From an uncultured cyanobacterium (GTDB taxonomy: Bacteria > Cyanobacteriota > Cyanobacteriia > Leptolyngbyales > Leptolyngbyaceae), in contig CAVYAN010000053.1 in assembly GCA_963766075.1 (NCBI GenBank), forward strand, positions 1-64,000: a DNA stretch of 64,000 bases, read 5' to 3'. A program made the position numbers and the translations under genes. Below are positions 45,378 through 54,966 of the stretch, piece after piece. How positions within the stretch are numbered: the first letter of the stretch is position 1; each line of letters starts with the position of its first letter. The notes below the pieces were generated by a model. That model worked only from the letters and a program-made list of their open reading frames with translations, did no database searches and was not told where the DNA came from.

Positions 45378-46393
45378 TCCTGGTTAGGTGTTGCCTCAAC
45401 ACCGCTCACTTCACGCTGATAGAAGTCAAAGATCGCCTGAATTTGTTGTTCAGTAAGATAGGTTTTGGTGTCATCAATCGTCCATGATTCATCCCCAATC
45501 TTCTCTCTACCCGAAATGTCGAGTAGAAACCCGACCGAGGCAGGTAACTTCTGCCCCAGTGCCTTGATCGGTAGGATTTCCGAATCGTAAGTAACTTCCC
45601 CGGCAATCTCTGCGGTGTAATCCCCAAAACGAACAGCATTCCCCGCGCAGACCGGGAACCGGATTGGCTCGATCTCCAACTGAACGGCCTTAGCTTTTCC
45701 TTCGCTGGTCAGGATGACCGGATAAGCTAACCGTTTTTGGATGAATAGAGTCGCCGCCATGATTGCCGTATTGCGCCCATCTTCCTGCAAGTTAAGTAGC
45801 TTGGTTGTCTGGTCTGGGGTCAGATAGTCGTAAAGATCGGCCTCTTCTACTACCTCGACATCGGGTCTTAGCAGCGCTTCATAAATCAGCTTTTTGGCCT
45901 CCTGAGCGCTTCGCTCTGGCGATGAGGACTGTACGATCGCCTGCTCAATCGCAGCATTAAACGCCGCCGCCTTCTCCGGATCCAGATATTTAGCAAAGTT
46001 GGTTCGCGCTCTATTGGGGATCAACTTCTCACGGGCATGAGCCAGGTCGCAATCGTCTTTCAATATGCAGGCTTGAACAGCGTCAGTCATAGATAGCTCA
46101 AGCGCTTCTGCCAACTCAACTGAAACCAAATCGTACAGCGAGATCCGAGGGGTTGGAAATACGCGCTCACGGGCTTCTTTTTGGCTAATCCCCTCTTTTT
46201 CTGAACAGTTTTTAACGGCTTGCATCAGAATCATGGTGACTTCTGCCTGCCGCCGCGTGGCCTCTTGTAAGTCCACTGGGCTTTCATTTGGAGTAATCCC
46301 GCCTCGGCGCAGGAGGTAAATAACCCCCGAATCGACCGATCCTACCGGGACAATTTCAAGCTTCTTGTTAACAGAAAACGGTGATTTTTTCAC
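45236..46393 (-). CDS. tail assembly chaperone (gpG-like)
   Basis: Between tube and tape measure; contains in-frame G GGA AAC near its end. Confidence 0.8.
   Translation of the reverse strand: MKKSPFSVNKKLEIVPVGSVDSGVIYLLRRGGITPNESPVDLQEATRRQAEVTMILMQAVKNCSEKEGISQKEARERVFPTPRISLYDLVSVELAEALELSMTDAVQACILKDDCDLAHAREKLIPNRARTNFAKYLDPEKAAAFNAAIEQAIVQSSSPERSAQEAKKLIYEALLRPDVEVVEEADLYDYLTPDQTTKLLNLQEDGRNTAIMAATLFIQKRLAYPVILTSEGKAKAVQLEIEPIRFPVCAGNAVRFGDYTAEIAGEVTYDSEILPIKALGQKLPASVGFLLDISGREKIGDESWTIDDTKTYLTEQQIQAIFDFYQREVSGVEATPNQEGNLMTSLPSSENILPKTPLIGETSTGGSNGSTSLTLGLAQTPSAIK
45371..45377 (-). other. programmed -1 frameshift slippery heptamer GGGAAAC
   Basis: X XXY YYZ in the correct phase; 45377-45230=147 nt, in frame with the downstream ORF. 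Confidence 0.85.
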
Positions 46394-46638
46394 GCTAAGA
46401 CCTCAATTTCTAGGGAATCTAGAGGATCATGAAACCACATTTTTGAGGGTTGATCCTGTAGATCTTCAGGAACTTGGACACGGCAGACAGGCAACCCCGT
46501 GTCCACATCAAAAAGGGATATAGGAAATCTTGGCAAATATGCCCCAAAAAAAGCCAATCCGCAACTTAAATCAGTAGCCCCGATCTGGGCATTAAAAAAA
46601 ACAACTTGCCAACCCTTGCTATAGAGACAGCGATACAT
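46390..46638 (-). CDS. hypothetical tail-region protein
   Basis: Coupled to chaperone start. Confidence 0.6.
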   Translation of the reverse strand: MYRCLYSKGWQVVFFNAQIGATDLSCGLAFFGAYLPRFPISLFDVDTGLPVCRVQVPEDLQDQPSKMWFHDPLDSLEIEVLA

Positions 46639-46660
46639 TTAACCCCCAAACTAAAACAGG

Positions 46661-46694
46661 GTTCTCACCCGTTTGGTACTAAACGGGTGAGAAC
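46661..46694. repeat. GTTCTCACCCGT-family hairpin, copy 3
   Basis: Perfect 14-bp stem GTTCTCACCCGTTT-ggtact-AAACGGGTGAGAAC after tail tube stop. Confidence 0.85.
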
Positions 46695-46708
46695 TGTAAA
46701 ACCGCTTC

Positions 46709-47470
46709 CTAGGCGGCGATCACGGCTTTGGTGTAGTCATAGCACTCGCCCTGTACTTGCCATTCCAGGGTAAAAGAGCGCTTGGCCTGTACGGCTCCGG
46801 TTGGGGTTCCGGTCATCAGCAGGCAGTAACCTTCATGCCGCTCCCCAGAGGGGAACACGACATCTAGATAGGCTTCCCGTCCGGAATCGTTGTAGCCATA
46901 AAGCATGTCAAGAATGATGTCGTGCGATCGCGAGTTGTAGACTAGATCAAGCTCCATGTTGATCTTTTTACTGTTACCCGTGTTTACACCCTCCATACCC
47001 TTGCCGCTCAGGTAATTGGTGGTGTCTTCAATCTTGATCGTCGGGGTGATGATTGCGGATCTGCATCCCTCAATAAAGAGCAGAGCCTTTGTCCGTGCCA
47101 CCGCCGCCGCCGCGATCGCCGCAGGCACAGGCAGGCAATCAAATAGCGCCGCCGTCCCGGACACGGTTGCAGGTTCAGCCAGAATGACCTTTACGCGAGT
47201 TAACCCGGTGCCAGGGAAGTCAAGCACGGTACCCACATCTAGAAACACACTGGTAACCGGGCTGGTCGCAGGGGGGATCGTCGGTGGGTTGATCAGCTCT
47301 AGGCTGATCTGCTCTGCCCCAGCAGTTACAGCTAGGGTTTCAAGTTGATAATCCGGCAAGGTGTGCTGGGAAATCATCACATCCCCGATGGGAATCACGG
47401 GAGCCTTTTGGATGGCTGCTGTAATCCCTAAAGTGGTTTGGTAGGCAACTGAACGACAAATTTTAGGCAT
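46709..47470 (-). CDS. major tail tube protein
   Basis: Position before chaperones; beta-rich, DTTNY...REAYLDVVFPSGERHEG...SFTLEWQVQG. Confidence 0.75.
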   Translation of the reverse strand: MPKICRSVAYQTTLGITAAIQKAPVIPIGDVMISQHTLPDYQLETLAVTAGAEQISLELINPPTIPPATSPVTSVFLDVGTVLDFPGTGLTRVKVILAEPATVSGTAALFDCLPVPAAIAAAAVARTKALLFIEGCRSAIITPTIKIEDTTNYLSGKGMEGVNTGNSKKINMELDLVYNSRSHDIILDMLYGYNDSGREAYLDVVFPSGERHEGYCLLMTGTPTGAVQAKRSFTLEWQVQGECYDYTKAVIAA

Positions 47471-47482
47471 TGAAATTTACTC

Positions 47483-47893
47483 CTATTGAGAAACGAAAGT
47501 ATTCCGCAGGACATAGAACCGACACAGAAACAGGACTTGAACCGGATCGCCATCGGCATAGGGAACCTCCCGTTCTCGTTGATTCGGAAATAGTTCCCGA
47601 ATTCGTTGGCAGGCTTGATCCAGCATGGCCAAACCTGATTGACTGCGATCGTTTTGGATCAACCGACAGACCCAATCAAACTCAACGGTGGCCTGATCAT
47701 TGAGAATCCCTGTCTGAGTTGATCCAGAAGGCGATCGCTCAATCAGACAGAGCAATCCTTTAACCCCAGAAGGCACATCCCCAGCATCTTCCCAAATCGC
47801 CAAATTTCCATTCGGGAACGTACCCAGCAAATCGGATAGTTCCGCTTGCAGAGCACGGGCGAATTCAAATCGGGACATTGAAATGAATGCCAT
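47483..47893 (-). CDS. tail terminator-like protein
   Basis: Size and position upstream of tube. Confidence 0.55.
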   Translation of the reverse strand: MAFISMSRFEFARALQAELSDLLGTFPNGNLAIWEDAGDVPSGVKGLLCLIERSPSGSTQTGILNDQATVEFDWVCRLIQNDRSQSGLAMLDQACQRIRELFPNQREREVPYADGDPVQVLFLCRFYVLRNTFVSQ

Positions 47894-48273
47894 CAGGGGA
47901 ATTCCTCAGATAGGGTGTAGGACTGAGATTCCAGTAGTTCACCTGTATCAACGATGTCGCGGGGTGATCCAACAATCTGCCCGTTGCGGCGACGGGTTGT
48001 CCGTGGCCAAGCCCATTGGGGCGATTGAATCAGCAGCTTGAAAGCTGCATCAACATCAGACGCCATTAGGGCGAACGCGGCAACGATGTCCTGTGTTTGC
48101 TGGAACCGCTGGGCCAATAGCGGGGCTGGCGGGAAATCTGCGATCGCGGCATCAGTCCATCTTCGTGGCGGGGTGTTAAACGTGCCTTCATGGGCAAACG
48201 CTGCATGGTCAGCATCCCAGAGGAAGGTGCAAATTTGCGTAGGGATTGGTTCAGCATTCCAAGTTAACTCCAT
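47893..48273 (-). CDS. tail completion/neck protein
   Basis: AAFAHEG...PPRRWT...WPRTT.R.NG...PRDIVDTGELLES. Confidence 0.65.
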   Translation of the reverse strand: MELTWNAEPIPTQICTFLWDADHAAFAHEGTFNTPPRRWTDAAIADFPPAPLLAQRFQQTQDIVAAFALMASDVDAAFKLLIQSPQWAWPRTTRRRNGQIVGSPRDIVDTGELLESQSYTLSEEFP

Positions 48274-48686
48274 ATAGTTTCACCCGCCGCTTCGGTCGTT
48301 AGGATCCCCTCAAATTTGGTCCCCAGGGCTTCTGTAACGGCGGGAAAAGGGGATTGCACCAAGCTGGTGATTTGGAAGTCCCCCCTGAGCACGCTACCCG
48401 AAGCACGATCGGTGATCTCACATTTGGCGCGATGTCCAATCTGAATCTGGGCGGGCCACAGAAACGGATCGATAGCCCGCCCTCTCATTTTTTGCCGGAT
48501 TTGATTGGACCCAGGAGTCTGGGAGATCGTCGCTTCTTTGTTATCCGCCGACAGCATCACCTCTAAGGTGAGGATGCCCGTAATAGGAACCTGATTGACG
48601 CTGTTAGGGATCTCCACAAACCCCGCCGTCGCGGTGGCAAACTCAAGGATCGCGTTACCAAAATCGCTGAATGGGGAATCGCTCAT
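48264..48686 (-). CDS. head closure-like protein
   Basis: Position in neck cluster; beta-rich 140 aa. Confidence 0.55.
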   Translation of the reverse strand: MSDSPFSDFGNAILEFATATAGFVEIPNSVNQVPITGILTLEVMLSADNKEATISQTPGSNQIRQKMRGRAIDPFLWPAQIQIGHRAKCEITDRASGSVLRGDFQITSLVQSPFPAVTEALGTKFEGILTTEAAGETIWS

Positions 48687-49087
48687 AGAACCCCCCTGGG
48701 CTGATACCGTCGCAGAAATAGAATGGCCCCATCACGCGCCGCTTCTAGTTGCTTAAGCGATGGTGGTTCTAGAGCCAGCATTGAGGTTTCAAAACCCGGT
48801 TGCACGGTTAGGGTCTGATCTAGGGATGCCTGCAAGTCGAGAAGCGATGCGATCGGCATAGCCATCCCGGTAAATTTAGCGCCATCGGCCTCCTTGATGT
48901 TTTGGTCCCGGCGTGATTGTTGGAGGAACCGCGCCGCCGCATAGAACGGGCGATAAACGATCTGCCCCTCGGTGGAAGTGCCATAGCTCATGGTTAGCAG
49001 CTCTTGCAGATACGGGCGATCGCCTGCCTTAGCCGCAGATCGTTCTACAGCCCGGTCCAATGCTTCGTTTAGGTCCGTGTACAGCAT
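48683..49087 (-). CDS. head-tail connector-like protein
   Basis: MLYTDL...YRPFYAAARFL...ADGAKFT. Confidence 0.6.
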   Translation of the reverse strand: MLYTDLNEALDRAVERSAAKAGDRPYLQELLTMSYGTSTEGQIVYRPFYAAARFLQQSRRDQNIKEADGAKFTGMAMPIASLLDLQASLDQTLTVQPGFETSMLALEPPSLKQLEAARDGAILFLRRYQPRGVL

Positions 49088-49088
49088 G

Positions 49089-49520
49089 TCACCGCGATTG
49101 ATAGAGCAAGAATGCTGCCACCGCAGCTTTGATCGCCTGAGTTTCGGCTGTGTTTTCAATGGAAAAGTCGAAACCAGACCAATAGACAACCCTGAACCAT
49201 CTTGGGTAAAGGCTTGAATTAAAAACTAGAACCCCATCAGAATTAGTTGAGAACTCTGAGGATGCTACTGCAACCTCAGAATCATTTCGCTTGGTGAAGA
49301 CCTGGATCGGCTTGTCGGTGCGGACTGGCCAGTGCGTTAAAAACACCGACCGTGCCCGCCCCTGGATTTCATAAACTTCGCTGTACTCTTTAAGCTCCAA
49401 CGACCGACCTATAACGGCTTCCGCGCTATTTTGAGCTGACTGCAAAGCACCCAATAGGGTGCCGCCAGTTAGCTCAATGCTGGGAAAAAACCTTAGGCGA
49501 TCGCTGGGTGAAAGAATCAT
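49089..49520 (-). CDS. head-tail adaptor-like protein
   Basis: AQNSAE..IGRSL...RVVYWSGF...IKAAVA. Confidence 0.65.
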   Translation of the reverse strand: MILSPSDRLRFFPSIELTGGTLLGALQSAQNSAEAVIGRSLELKEYSEVYEIQGRARSVFLTHWPVRTDKPIQVFTKRNDSEVAVASSEFSTNSDGVLVFNSSLYPRWFRVVYWSGFDFSIENTAETQAIKAAVAAFLLYQSR

Positions 49521-49993
49521 TAAGCGGGTTCAAGAATATAGAGTGCAGTGGTCGCGTTGCTGTTTTGATCGGGTTCAACCTGAATCAGGTATTCCGTTGT
49601 AAGGAATGGCACGCTAACTAGATAGGTGCCTTCTTTGGTAAAGGTTTGGGTCGCAATGGCAACAAAGTCCTTTGATTCCAATCCCTCAAGCCGTGCCAGA
49701 ATCCGAATCGTTACGTTAGCTTTTACCGTTTTGGCGGTTTCAGCTTTAAGTGCAAGCTCCTCAATAAAAAGAGCCGCCTGTGAGAATGATCGCTCCTGGG
49801 TTTTCCCTTCATAGACTCGCGGTCCAGGAGATCGCTCCAGTAAAAGGGAAAACTGGACGGCGGTTGACTTATCTGCAATCACTGCTCCAAGTTCGCTTGT
49901 AGTCCCAGCAGTAGGAACGCCTAAGGAACCCTGTAATGCAGCATTGATCGAATTGACCAGGGCTAAAAGTTGCCGCTCTTGAGAAGTGTTCAT
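49520..49993 (-). CDS. hypothetical virion protein
   Basis: In head-neck cluster. Confidence 0.6.
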   Translation of the reverse strand: MNTSQERQLLALVNSINAALQGSLGVPTAGTTSELGAVIADKSTAVQFSLLLERSPGPRVYEGKTQERSFSQAALFIEELALKAETAKTVKANVTIRILARLEGLESKDFVAIATQTFTKEGTYLVSVPFLTTEYLIQVEPDQNSNATTALYILEPA

Positions 49994-50021
49994 AGATCAA
50001 AGAATTAGTTTTTATTGTGGT

Positions 50022-50055
50022 GATCAGCGATCGCCGCAGTGGGCGATCGCTGATC
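50022..50055. terminator. 14-bp hairpin built from two HIP1 sites
   Basis: GATCAGCGATCGCC-gcagtg-GGCGATCGCTGATC just after 50067 stop. Confidence 0.55.
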
Positions 50056-50066
50056 TAAGGGTCAAA

Positions 50067-50465
50067 CTAAACAGGGAGAAGCTGGAACCACACCGTAATT
50101 TTGCCTGTGGTGATGGCAGAGGTGACGTTAATGATCACTTCGCGATCGCTGCTGCCAGTGAGAACGCGCAATGTACTGCCCAGAGTGCCAGCCGCCGATG
50201 CTGCCAAGGAAGCAGCTAAGTCAGCACTAGCAACGAGTTGTAGATTGAATGCTCCATTAGTAGCGGCGTTAACGACGATCGCGCCCACTTCTGCCAGGGT
50301 GCCAGCCGGGACAATCAGCCCGGTTTTCTTGGCCCCAACCGTACCCGCCCCGGCCTTGGTGAAATCGTAGTGCAGGCAAGCCCAACCCTCTCCCACTGCG
50401 GCCCCTGCCGCCTTTCCATCAATATTCCGTTTAGCTGTATCTCGCAAATCCTCTAAGCTGCTCAT
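50067..50465 (-). CDS. capsid decoration/cement-like protein
   Basis: Small Ala/Gly/Thr beta-rich protein after the capsid gene; GKITVWF end. Confidence 0.6.
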   Translation of the reverse strand: MSSLEDLRDTAKRNIDGKAAGAAVGEGWACLHYDFTKAGAGTVGAKKTGLIVPAGTLAEVGAIVVNAATNGAFNLQLVASADLAASLAASAAGTLGSTLRVLTGSSDREVIINVTSAITTGKITVWFQLLPV

Positions 50466-50520
50466 AGCGTTCCCGCTCCTGTTTAATTTACTGGTCTACT
50501 GTTCAGCGTTCCTTGAGGTT

Positions 50521-52332
50521 TTACAGGCTTACATCGGTATTCCGAAGAACCACGACCCGATCCTGTTGCCCTGGGTTGCTGCTGCTGCAATCTAGCGAAC
50601 CCCAGCCGCCGATGTACCGCCAGATAAACCGCATCTTGGTCCCAAAGGTGCCTGAGTCGTCCATTCGGATTTCCATCGGGAGAGAGACGCCTTCCCCAAC
50701 AACGCCAGGGCCAAAGAAGTAGTTATCGCGCATCGTTACCCCGCCCGCCCCTGTGGTAACGGTGTTGACGCCATCAGTACCGGGTCCGCCGACAGCGGTG
50801 GTACCGGACTCAAACAGCATGAAGTTGCAGTAGGTACCCAGGTAGCCATTCGGGCGAACAATACCATCTCCCAGGGTGCCAGCATTGAGGATATTGGTTA
50901 CTTCTTGAATCTCGGCTTCGGTGGAAGCGCGAAGCTTGTCGCCGACCGAGTTCTTGAACTGAGCTGCGGCAGTGGTGTTCAAAACACCGACCCGCGAACC
51001 ATTGTCAAACGTGGGGATCTGGCGTCGGGTCATTTCTCCAAAGAGTTGATTAAACGCCTCTTCATTAGCCGTACCATCGGACCCTACGATTAGATCGCCT
51101 GCCGTATTGGTAATTCCGGACCCGTTGCTGTAGTAGATATTTGCCGGATTGCCTAGAGCCTGAGCAAAGATCTGGCGGATCACCAAGTCTTCCAGGGCAT
51201 TGAAGTTTTGGCCCAACCTCGTGTTAACGGGCTGAATCAAATCCAGCAGACTGGAAGCATTGATAAACTCAGGGATCGCGATCGGGCGAGTGCCTACGCG
51301 ATTACCGCGACCCAGACCCCAACCAAACAGGGAAATGGGTGTGGTCAGGGTTTGCAGCGCTTGAGAGTCGCTGCTGATATTCGCCGAACTGGTTTCCGTG
51401 TCGAGGATGTAATCTTCAACGTTAATGGGTTCATCAATCCACTGGAATCGCGGCACCAAAATGTTGTTGCCGGGGACTCGGCCAAGTTCCAGCTTCGTCG
51501 TGACGAATTGCCACCATACATAGCGGGGATTATGGGAATCGCGCATCAAGCTGGATAGGAAATCTAGGACGATACTGCCCACAGAGCCAGGAGTTCCCAG
51601 GGTGTTGCCCGCCTGCGCGTCTTGCCCAGAGGGGGAAGATCCGCGCAGGAACCCATGGGCCTTCATTAGGGTTTCCATGTCGCGCATTAAGTGCGATTTG
51701 TTGGTGCGGACAAATCGATCCAAATAGGTGGTGTCTGCCTGCTCGTAGCTTGTCCCGTCGGTCGGGTCGTAAGCTGTGAGCCGTGGGGTGTAGCCCGTGT
51801 TTTTTAGGATGTCCACGAAATCCCGTGCAGCTCCCTGGGGTTCTTGCCCACTGGGCAAAATCAAGCGATTGACGTTATAGCCAAGGGTGCTCCCTGCTGC
51901 CCGATCGCCTGCTGGAATCGTGTGACCTGTGGCCGCAAATACCGACTTCAGGCGATCGGCTTCCGCTTTTGCCCGAGCTGCTTCATCTTGCAGCTCTTGC
52001 TGCTGCTGCTGCGATCGCCGTGCCATTGCATCAACGTCAGCCTGTACGGCTTGGAGTTGTGCCGTTAGATCCTGGTTCATCTGCGCGGCAAGCTTGGTAG
52101 CCTCTGCCGAAATCAGGGTTCGCAGCTCATCAGGATGCACGTTGATGGTCGAAGATTCCTGGACCGGAACACTGGCACCCTCGGGAACCTCATCAAGCGA
52201 ATCCGTACCGCCATAGGTGGCCCCATCGGCCCCGGTTGCAGTAGGGGTAAGTTCTGGGCGCTTAGCTAAGATCAGCGATCGCTGATCTTGCCCAAATCCC
52301 CGCTGAGGCTTTTTCTTAATCGTGTTCGTCAT
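50521..52332 (-). CDS. major capsid protein with N-terminal scaffold-like extension
   Basis: 603 aa after protease; AGGAG RBS; coiled-coil N-terminus; YLGTYCNF.LFES, DDSGTFGT..RFIW. Confidence 0.8.
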   Translation of the reverse strand: MTNTIKKKPQRGFGQDQRSLILAKRPELTPTATGADGATYGGTDSLDEVPEGASVPVQESSTINVHPDELRTLISAEATKLAAQMNQDLTAQLQAVQADVDAMARRSQQQQQELQDEAARAKAEADRLKSVFAATGHTIPAGDRAAGSTLGYNVNRLILPSGQEPQGAARDFVDILKNTGYTPRLTAYDPTDGTSYEQADTTYLDRFVRTNKSHLMRDMETLMKAHGFLRGSSPSGQDAQAGNTLGTPGSVGSIVLDFLSSLMRDSHNPRYVWWQFVTTKLELGRVPGNNILVPRFQWIDEPINVEDYILDTETSSANISSDSQALQTLTTPISLFGWGLGRGNRVGTRPIAIPEFINASSLLDLIQPVNTRLGQNFNALEDLVIRQIFAQALGNPANIYYSNGSGITNTAGDLIVGSDGTANEEAFNQLFGEMTRRQIPTFDNGSRVGVLNTTAAAQFKNSVGDKLRASTEAEIQEVTNILNAGTLGDGIVRPNGYLGTYCNFMLFESGTTAVGGPGTDGVNTVTTGAGGVTMRDNYFFGPGVVGEGVSLPMEIRMDDSGTFGTKMRFIWRYIGGWGSLDCSSSNPGQQDRVVVLRNTDVSL

Positions 52333-52342
52333 TTATTTACTC

Positions 52343-53224
52343 CTAAATAATTCCGGCGTTTGGCATGTTCGGGACTGTCACGATCGAGGCTTCACCCATG
52401 TCGTAAAGTCCCATCCGAGTAGCGTAGGGTGCTACACCTTCCTCGTCATCGGGGTAAATCCCCCATGCAGGAAAGGGTGGGATGTGCGGGCATTCTGGAT
52501 CAGAGAATGAGGTGTCGCAGAGTGGGCACCAATAATCAGCGAATCGGAATGCCCCTGTACTGATTTTGCCGCTGTGCCCTCGGCGAAGTGCCCGAACTAC
52601 TGGTGAATCAGTAGCGGCAAAAACCTGGAAAACGACCTGAGCATAACCCTCTTTTTTCAAAATCTTGAGGTTTTCCTCCTGGTTCCCCGCTTGGTTAAGG
52701 ACCTTGTCTGAAGCTGTTTTAGATTTGACAACCTCTGCTGCAAAAATCCGGCCCCACTCCTTTGAGGTATCGTCCCAATCGTGATCTAGCAGTGCGGGCA
52801 AACCGGGCAACAGTTGAGCCATGACTTCCAGCGAATCAATAGACCATCGATCCAGTCTGCGGCTTAGCAAGTTGTCTGCGGCAACAAAAGGAACAACGAT
52901 TGTGTCTTCTGCGGCAAGTCTGGTGATACCGTTGGGCAAATACCCATTAATGATTTTTAATTGGGCATCCGTTGGCGGTGCCATCGCAAACCGAGATCGC
53001 AAGTCAACGTCCGGTACCAAAAAATCAGCAGCAGGGGATACGGCGATCGCCTGATTTTGCAACTCCGTAAGGTGCGATCGCGGAAGCTGCAAAACAGTTC
53101 CGGTGCGAGTAGAATCGCGGATAATTTCAACTGTGGCAGTTTCGCCAGCCGTTGAAATAACCACACCTCTTGCTGACTTGATAGTGTCGCCAGTTTTATA
53201 TGCCCACTGAACAAATTTAGACAT
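52343..53224 (-). CDS. prohead protease-like protein
   Basis: LLDHDW...ISTG...CPLC...CPHIP...EASIVTVP. Confidence 0.8.
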   Translation of the reverse strand: MSKFVQWAYKTGDTIKSARGVVISTAGETATVEIIRDSTRTGTVLQLPRSHLTELQNQAIAVSPAADFLVPDVDLRSRFAMAPPTDAQLKIINGYLPNGITRLAAEDTIVVPFVAADNLLSRRLDRWSIDSLEVMAQLLPGLPALLDHDWDDTSKEWGRIFAAEVVKSKTASDKVLNQAGNQEENLKILKKEGYAQVVFQVFAATDSPVVRALRRGHSGKISTGAFRFADYWCPLCDTSFSDPECPHIPPFPAWGIYPDDEEGVAPYATRMGLYDMGEASIVTVPNMPNAGII

Positions 53225-53323
53225 TTGAGGACAATAAAATTTACTCTTGTCCTAGATTACAAAGGGTAAGGATGAACCACGAAGCTGAAACTTTAAACTT
53301 GTCCCATAACGGGGACGTTATTA

Positions 53324-53572
53324 ATGCTAAGAGTCGCTGTAAAGCACGCCCGAATCAAAAAAGGGCTGACAATTCGTCAACTTGCACTCTATAGCAAGGT
53401 TCCCCGGTCCTGCTTGTCACGGTTTGAAAGCGGCAAGGCGGATTTACCTACAGTGAAACTGATCCGAGTGCTGCAACAGTTGGGATTTGAGATAAAGCTG
53501 TCAGGGTTTAACTTGCTCAATCCCAACGATCTGGCGGCATACCTTCAGCAAACACAACCCTCAAAAGAGTGA
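53324..53572 (+). CDS. XRE-family HTH regulator
   Basis: ARIKKGLTIRQLA...LSRFESGK. Confidence 0.85.
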   Translation: MLRVAVKHARIKKGLTIRQLALYSKVPRSCLSRFESGKADLPTVKLIRVLQQLGFEIKLSGFNLLNPNDLAAYLQQTQPSKE

Positions 53573-53696
53573 ACCCAGGATTAACATTCTGTTACTTTTG
53601 TAAACTTCCATCAAAATATAAGTATTTTATGGGGCTTTTCGGGGCTTTATAGGTCGCAGGCATATTCTTGAGGAACCCGCAAGGGCGTCAAAATAG

Positions 53697-54230
53697 ATGA
53701 GCGCAAAAGATGAATATTACTTCTGGATCGGATCGAATTGTCCAAAGTATCCCTACGTCCGAGTCAGACGTTTCTACTGGGAAAAAAAGTACCCTCCCGC
53801 CATTAGGCAAAGTTTGCTTCAATCTCGTGAAGCAACATGCTCGGCAATTAGAAGGGGATGGAATCTTGAGCTGGACACTCCCCGCTCGGAGTGGACAGCC
53901 GATCAGTGGACTGATTACGTGGATTGGTGCAAAATTTTGGGCGATCGCCGTATTTTTCGGCAACCGAACATTACTGTAGAAATCGGTTACGAGAGTAATC
54001 CGTTTTTTTTCGGTTTGTTCCGCTTGGGGTCTACGGGACAGAATCTTGCAGAATGTATCAAAAGCCTAGGGGATTTTATCAAGTCTTTGCTCCAAAAACT
54101 TCCACCAGAGGGAGTCGAGAAACACGGCGTTATCGTTGCAGACCTCACCAGCGTCGAAACGCGAATCTATTGGTTAAGCGTAATCTTGTATGCCTTTAAG
54201 GCTATCCGCTTGGGGCGAAAAGTCTTATAA
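53697..54230 (+). CDS. hypothetical protein
   Basis: 177-aa ORF followed by terminator. Confidence 0.65.
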   Translation: MSAKDEYYFWIGSNCPKYPYVRVRRFYWEKKYPPAIRQSLLQSREATCSAIRRGWNLELDTPRSEWTADQWTDYVDWCKILGDRRIFRQPNITVEIGYESNPFFFGLFRLGSTGQNLAECIKSLGDFIKSLLQKLPPEGVEKHGVIVADLTSVETRIYWLSVILYAFKAIRLGRKVL

Positions 54231-54254
54231 TCCCGTTAGCACCAATAATCCTCC

Positions 54255-54284
54255 CTGCCGCTTCCTTGAAGGCGGTATTTTTTT
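54255..54284 (+). terminator. intrinsic terminator
   Basis: TGCCGCTT...AGGCGGTA followed by T7. Confidence 0.6.
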
Positions 54285-54286
54285 AA

Positions 54287-54324
54287 CCGTTCTCACCCGT
54301 TCACCACATTGCCAGTGAGAACGG
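54287..54324. repeat. GTTCTCACCCGT-family hairpin, copy 4
   Basis: CCGTTCTCAC(CCGT)...GTGAGAACGG spanning the MuF-like stop codon. Confidence 0.75.
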
Positions 54325-54966
54325 ATTACCCACCCAGCCAAACCGAGTTAGAGCCATCTCTGCGGCGTCGCGGTAGAACACAAAGGAGCATTTGCACTGG
54401 GACCGACAGTCGCACTTTTGGCCGATCCTAGGCAGGGTACCGATCGCCTGTTTGCCCATGGCCGCGTAATCAATGCAGGGCTGACAGTGCTTTGCATCCC
54501 CTAAGATTCTGGCCTCCTGGGTGTAGCCGTTCTGAGCATGGCCCTCTGATCTGGCGTTTTCATAGGTGGCCCTGGCCGATGCCAGGTATTGATTAAGCCG
54601 CGCTCTGAACTGGGCCTCGCTCATCCCTCCGGCCTTGATGTCGCGGGCAAACTGATCCAGGTATCCATACTCAGATTGCAAGCGCTGCCCCACAAGCCCA
54701 AAATCTCGCTGTGTCATCATCGCCCGCCCGCCCCGCCCCAGCATGTAGGCTTGCAAGTGCATTTCCTTTAGGGCAAGCGCTGTGCCCCGCTGCCACTCTG
54801 CCAAGGGGAGTTTACCACCAACTAGAAGATCGGCGATCGCCGTTGCATCTTTTTTGGCAATGGCGATCGCCTGCTCTGCTAAACCCTTCATCGTCTCCAC
54901 AGAGATGAATCGACCATTGCTAGATCGATAGCGTTGCAGATTGCGATCGAATGTGTAACTAGCCAT
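54301..54966 (-). CDS. minor head protein (MuF/gp7-like)
   Basis: YR..NGRFIS; C-terminal HCQPC...LP.IGQKCDCRSQCKC. Confidence 0.75.
   Translation of the reverse strand: MASYTFDRNLQRYRSSNGRFISVETMKGLAEQAIAIAKKDATAIADLLVGGKLPLAEWQRGTALALKEMHLQAYMLGRGGRAMMTQRDFGLVGQRLQSEYGYLDQFARDIKAGGMSEAQFRARLNQYLASARATYENARSEGHAQNGYTQEARILGDAKHCQPCIDYAAMGKQAIGTLPRIGQKCDCRSQCKCSFVFYRDAAEMALTRFGWVGNPFSLAMW

Noticed and set aside
50154..50166. GCCAGTGAGAACG resembling the right arm of the late hairpin element
   Set aside because: Inside a coding region with no left arm; likely chance
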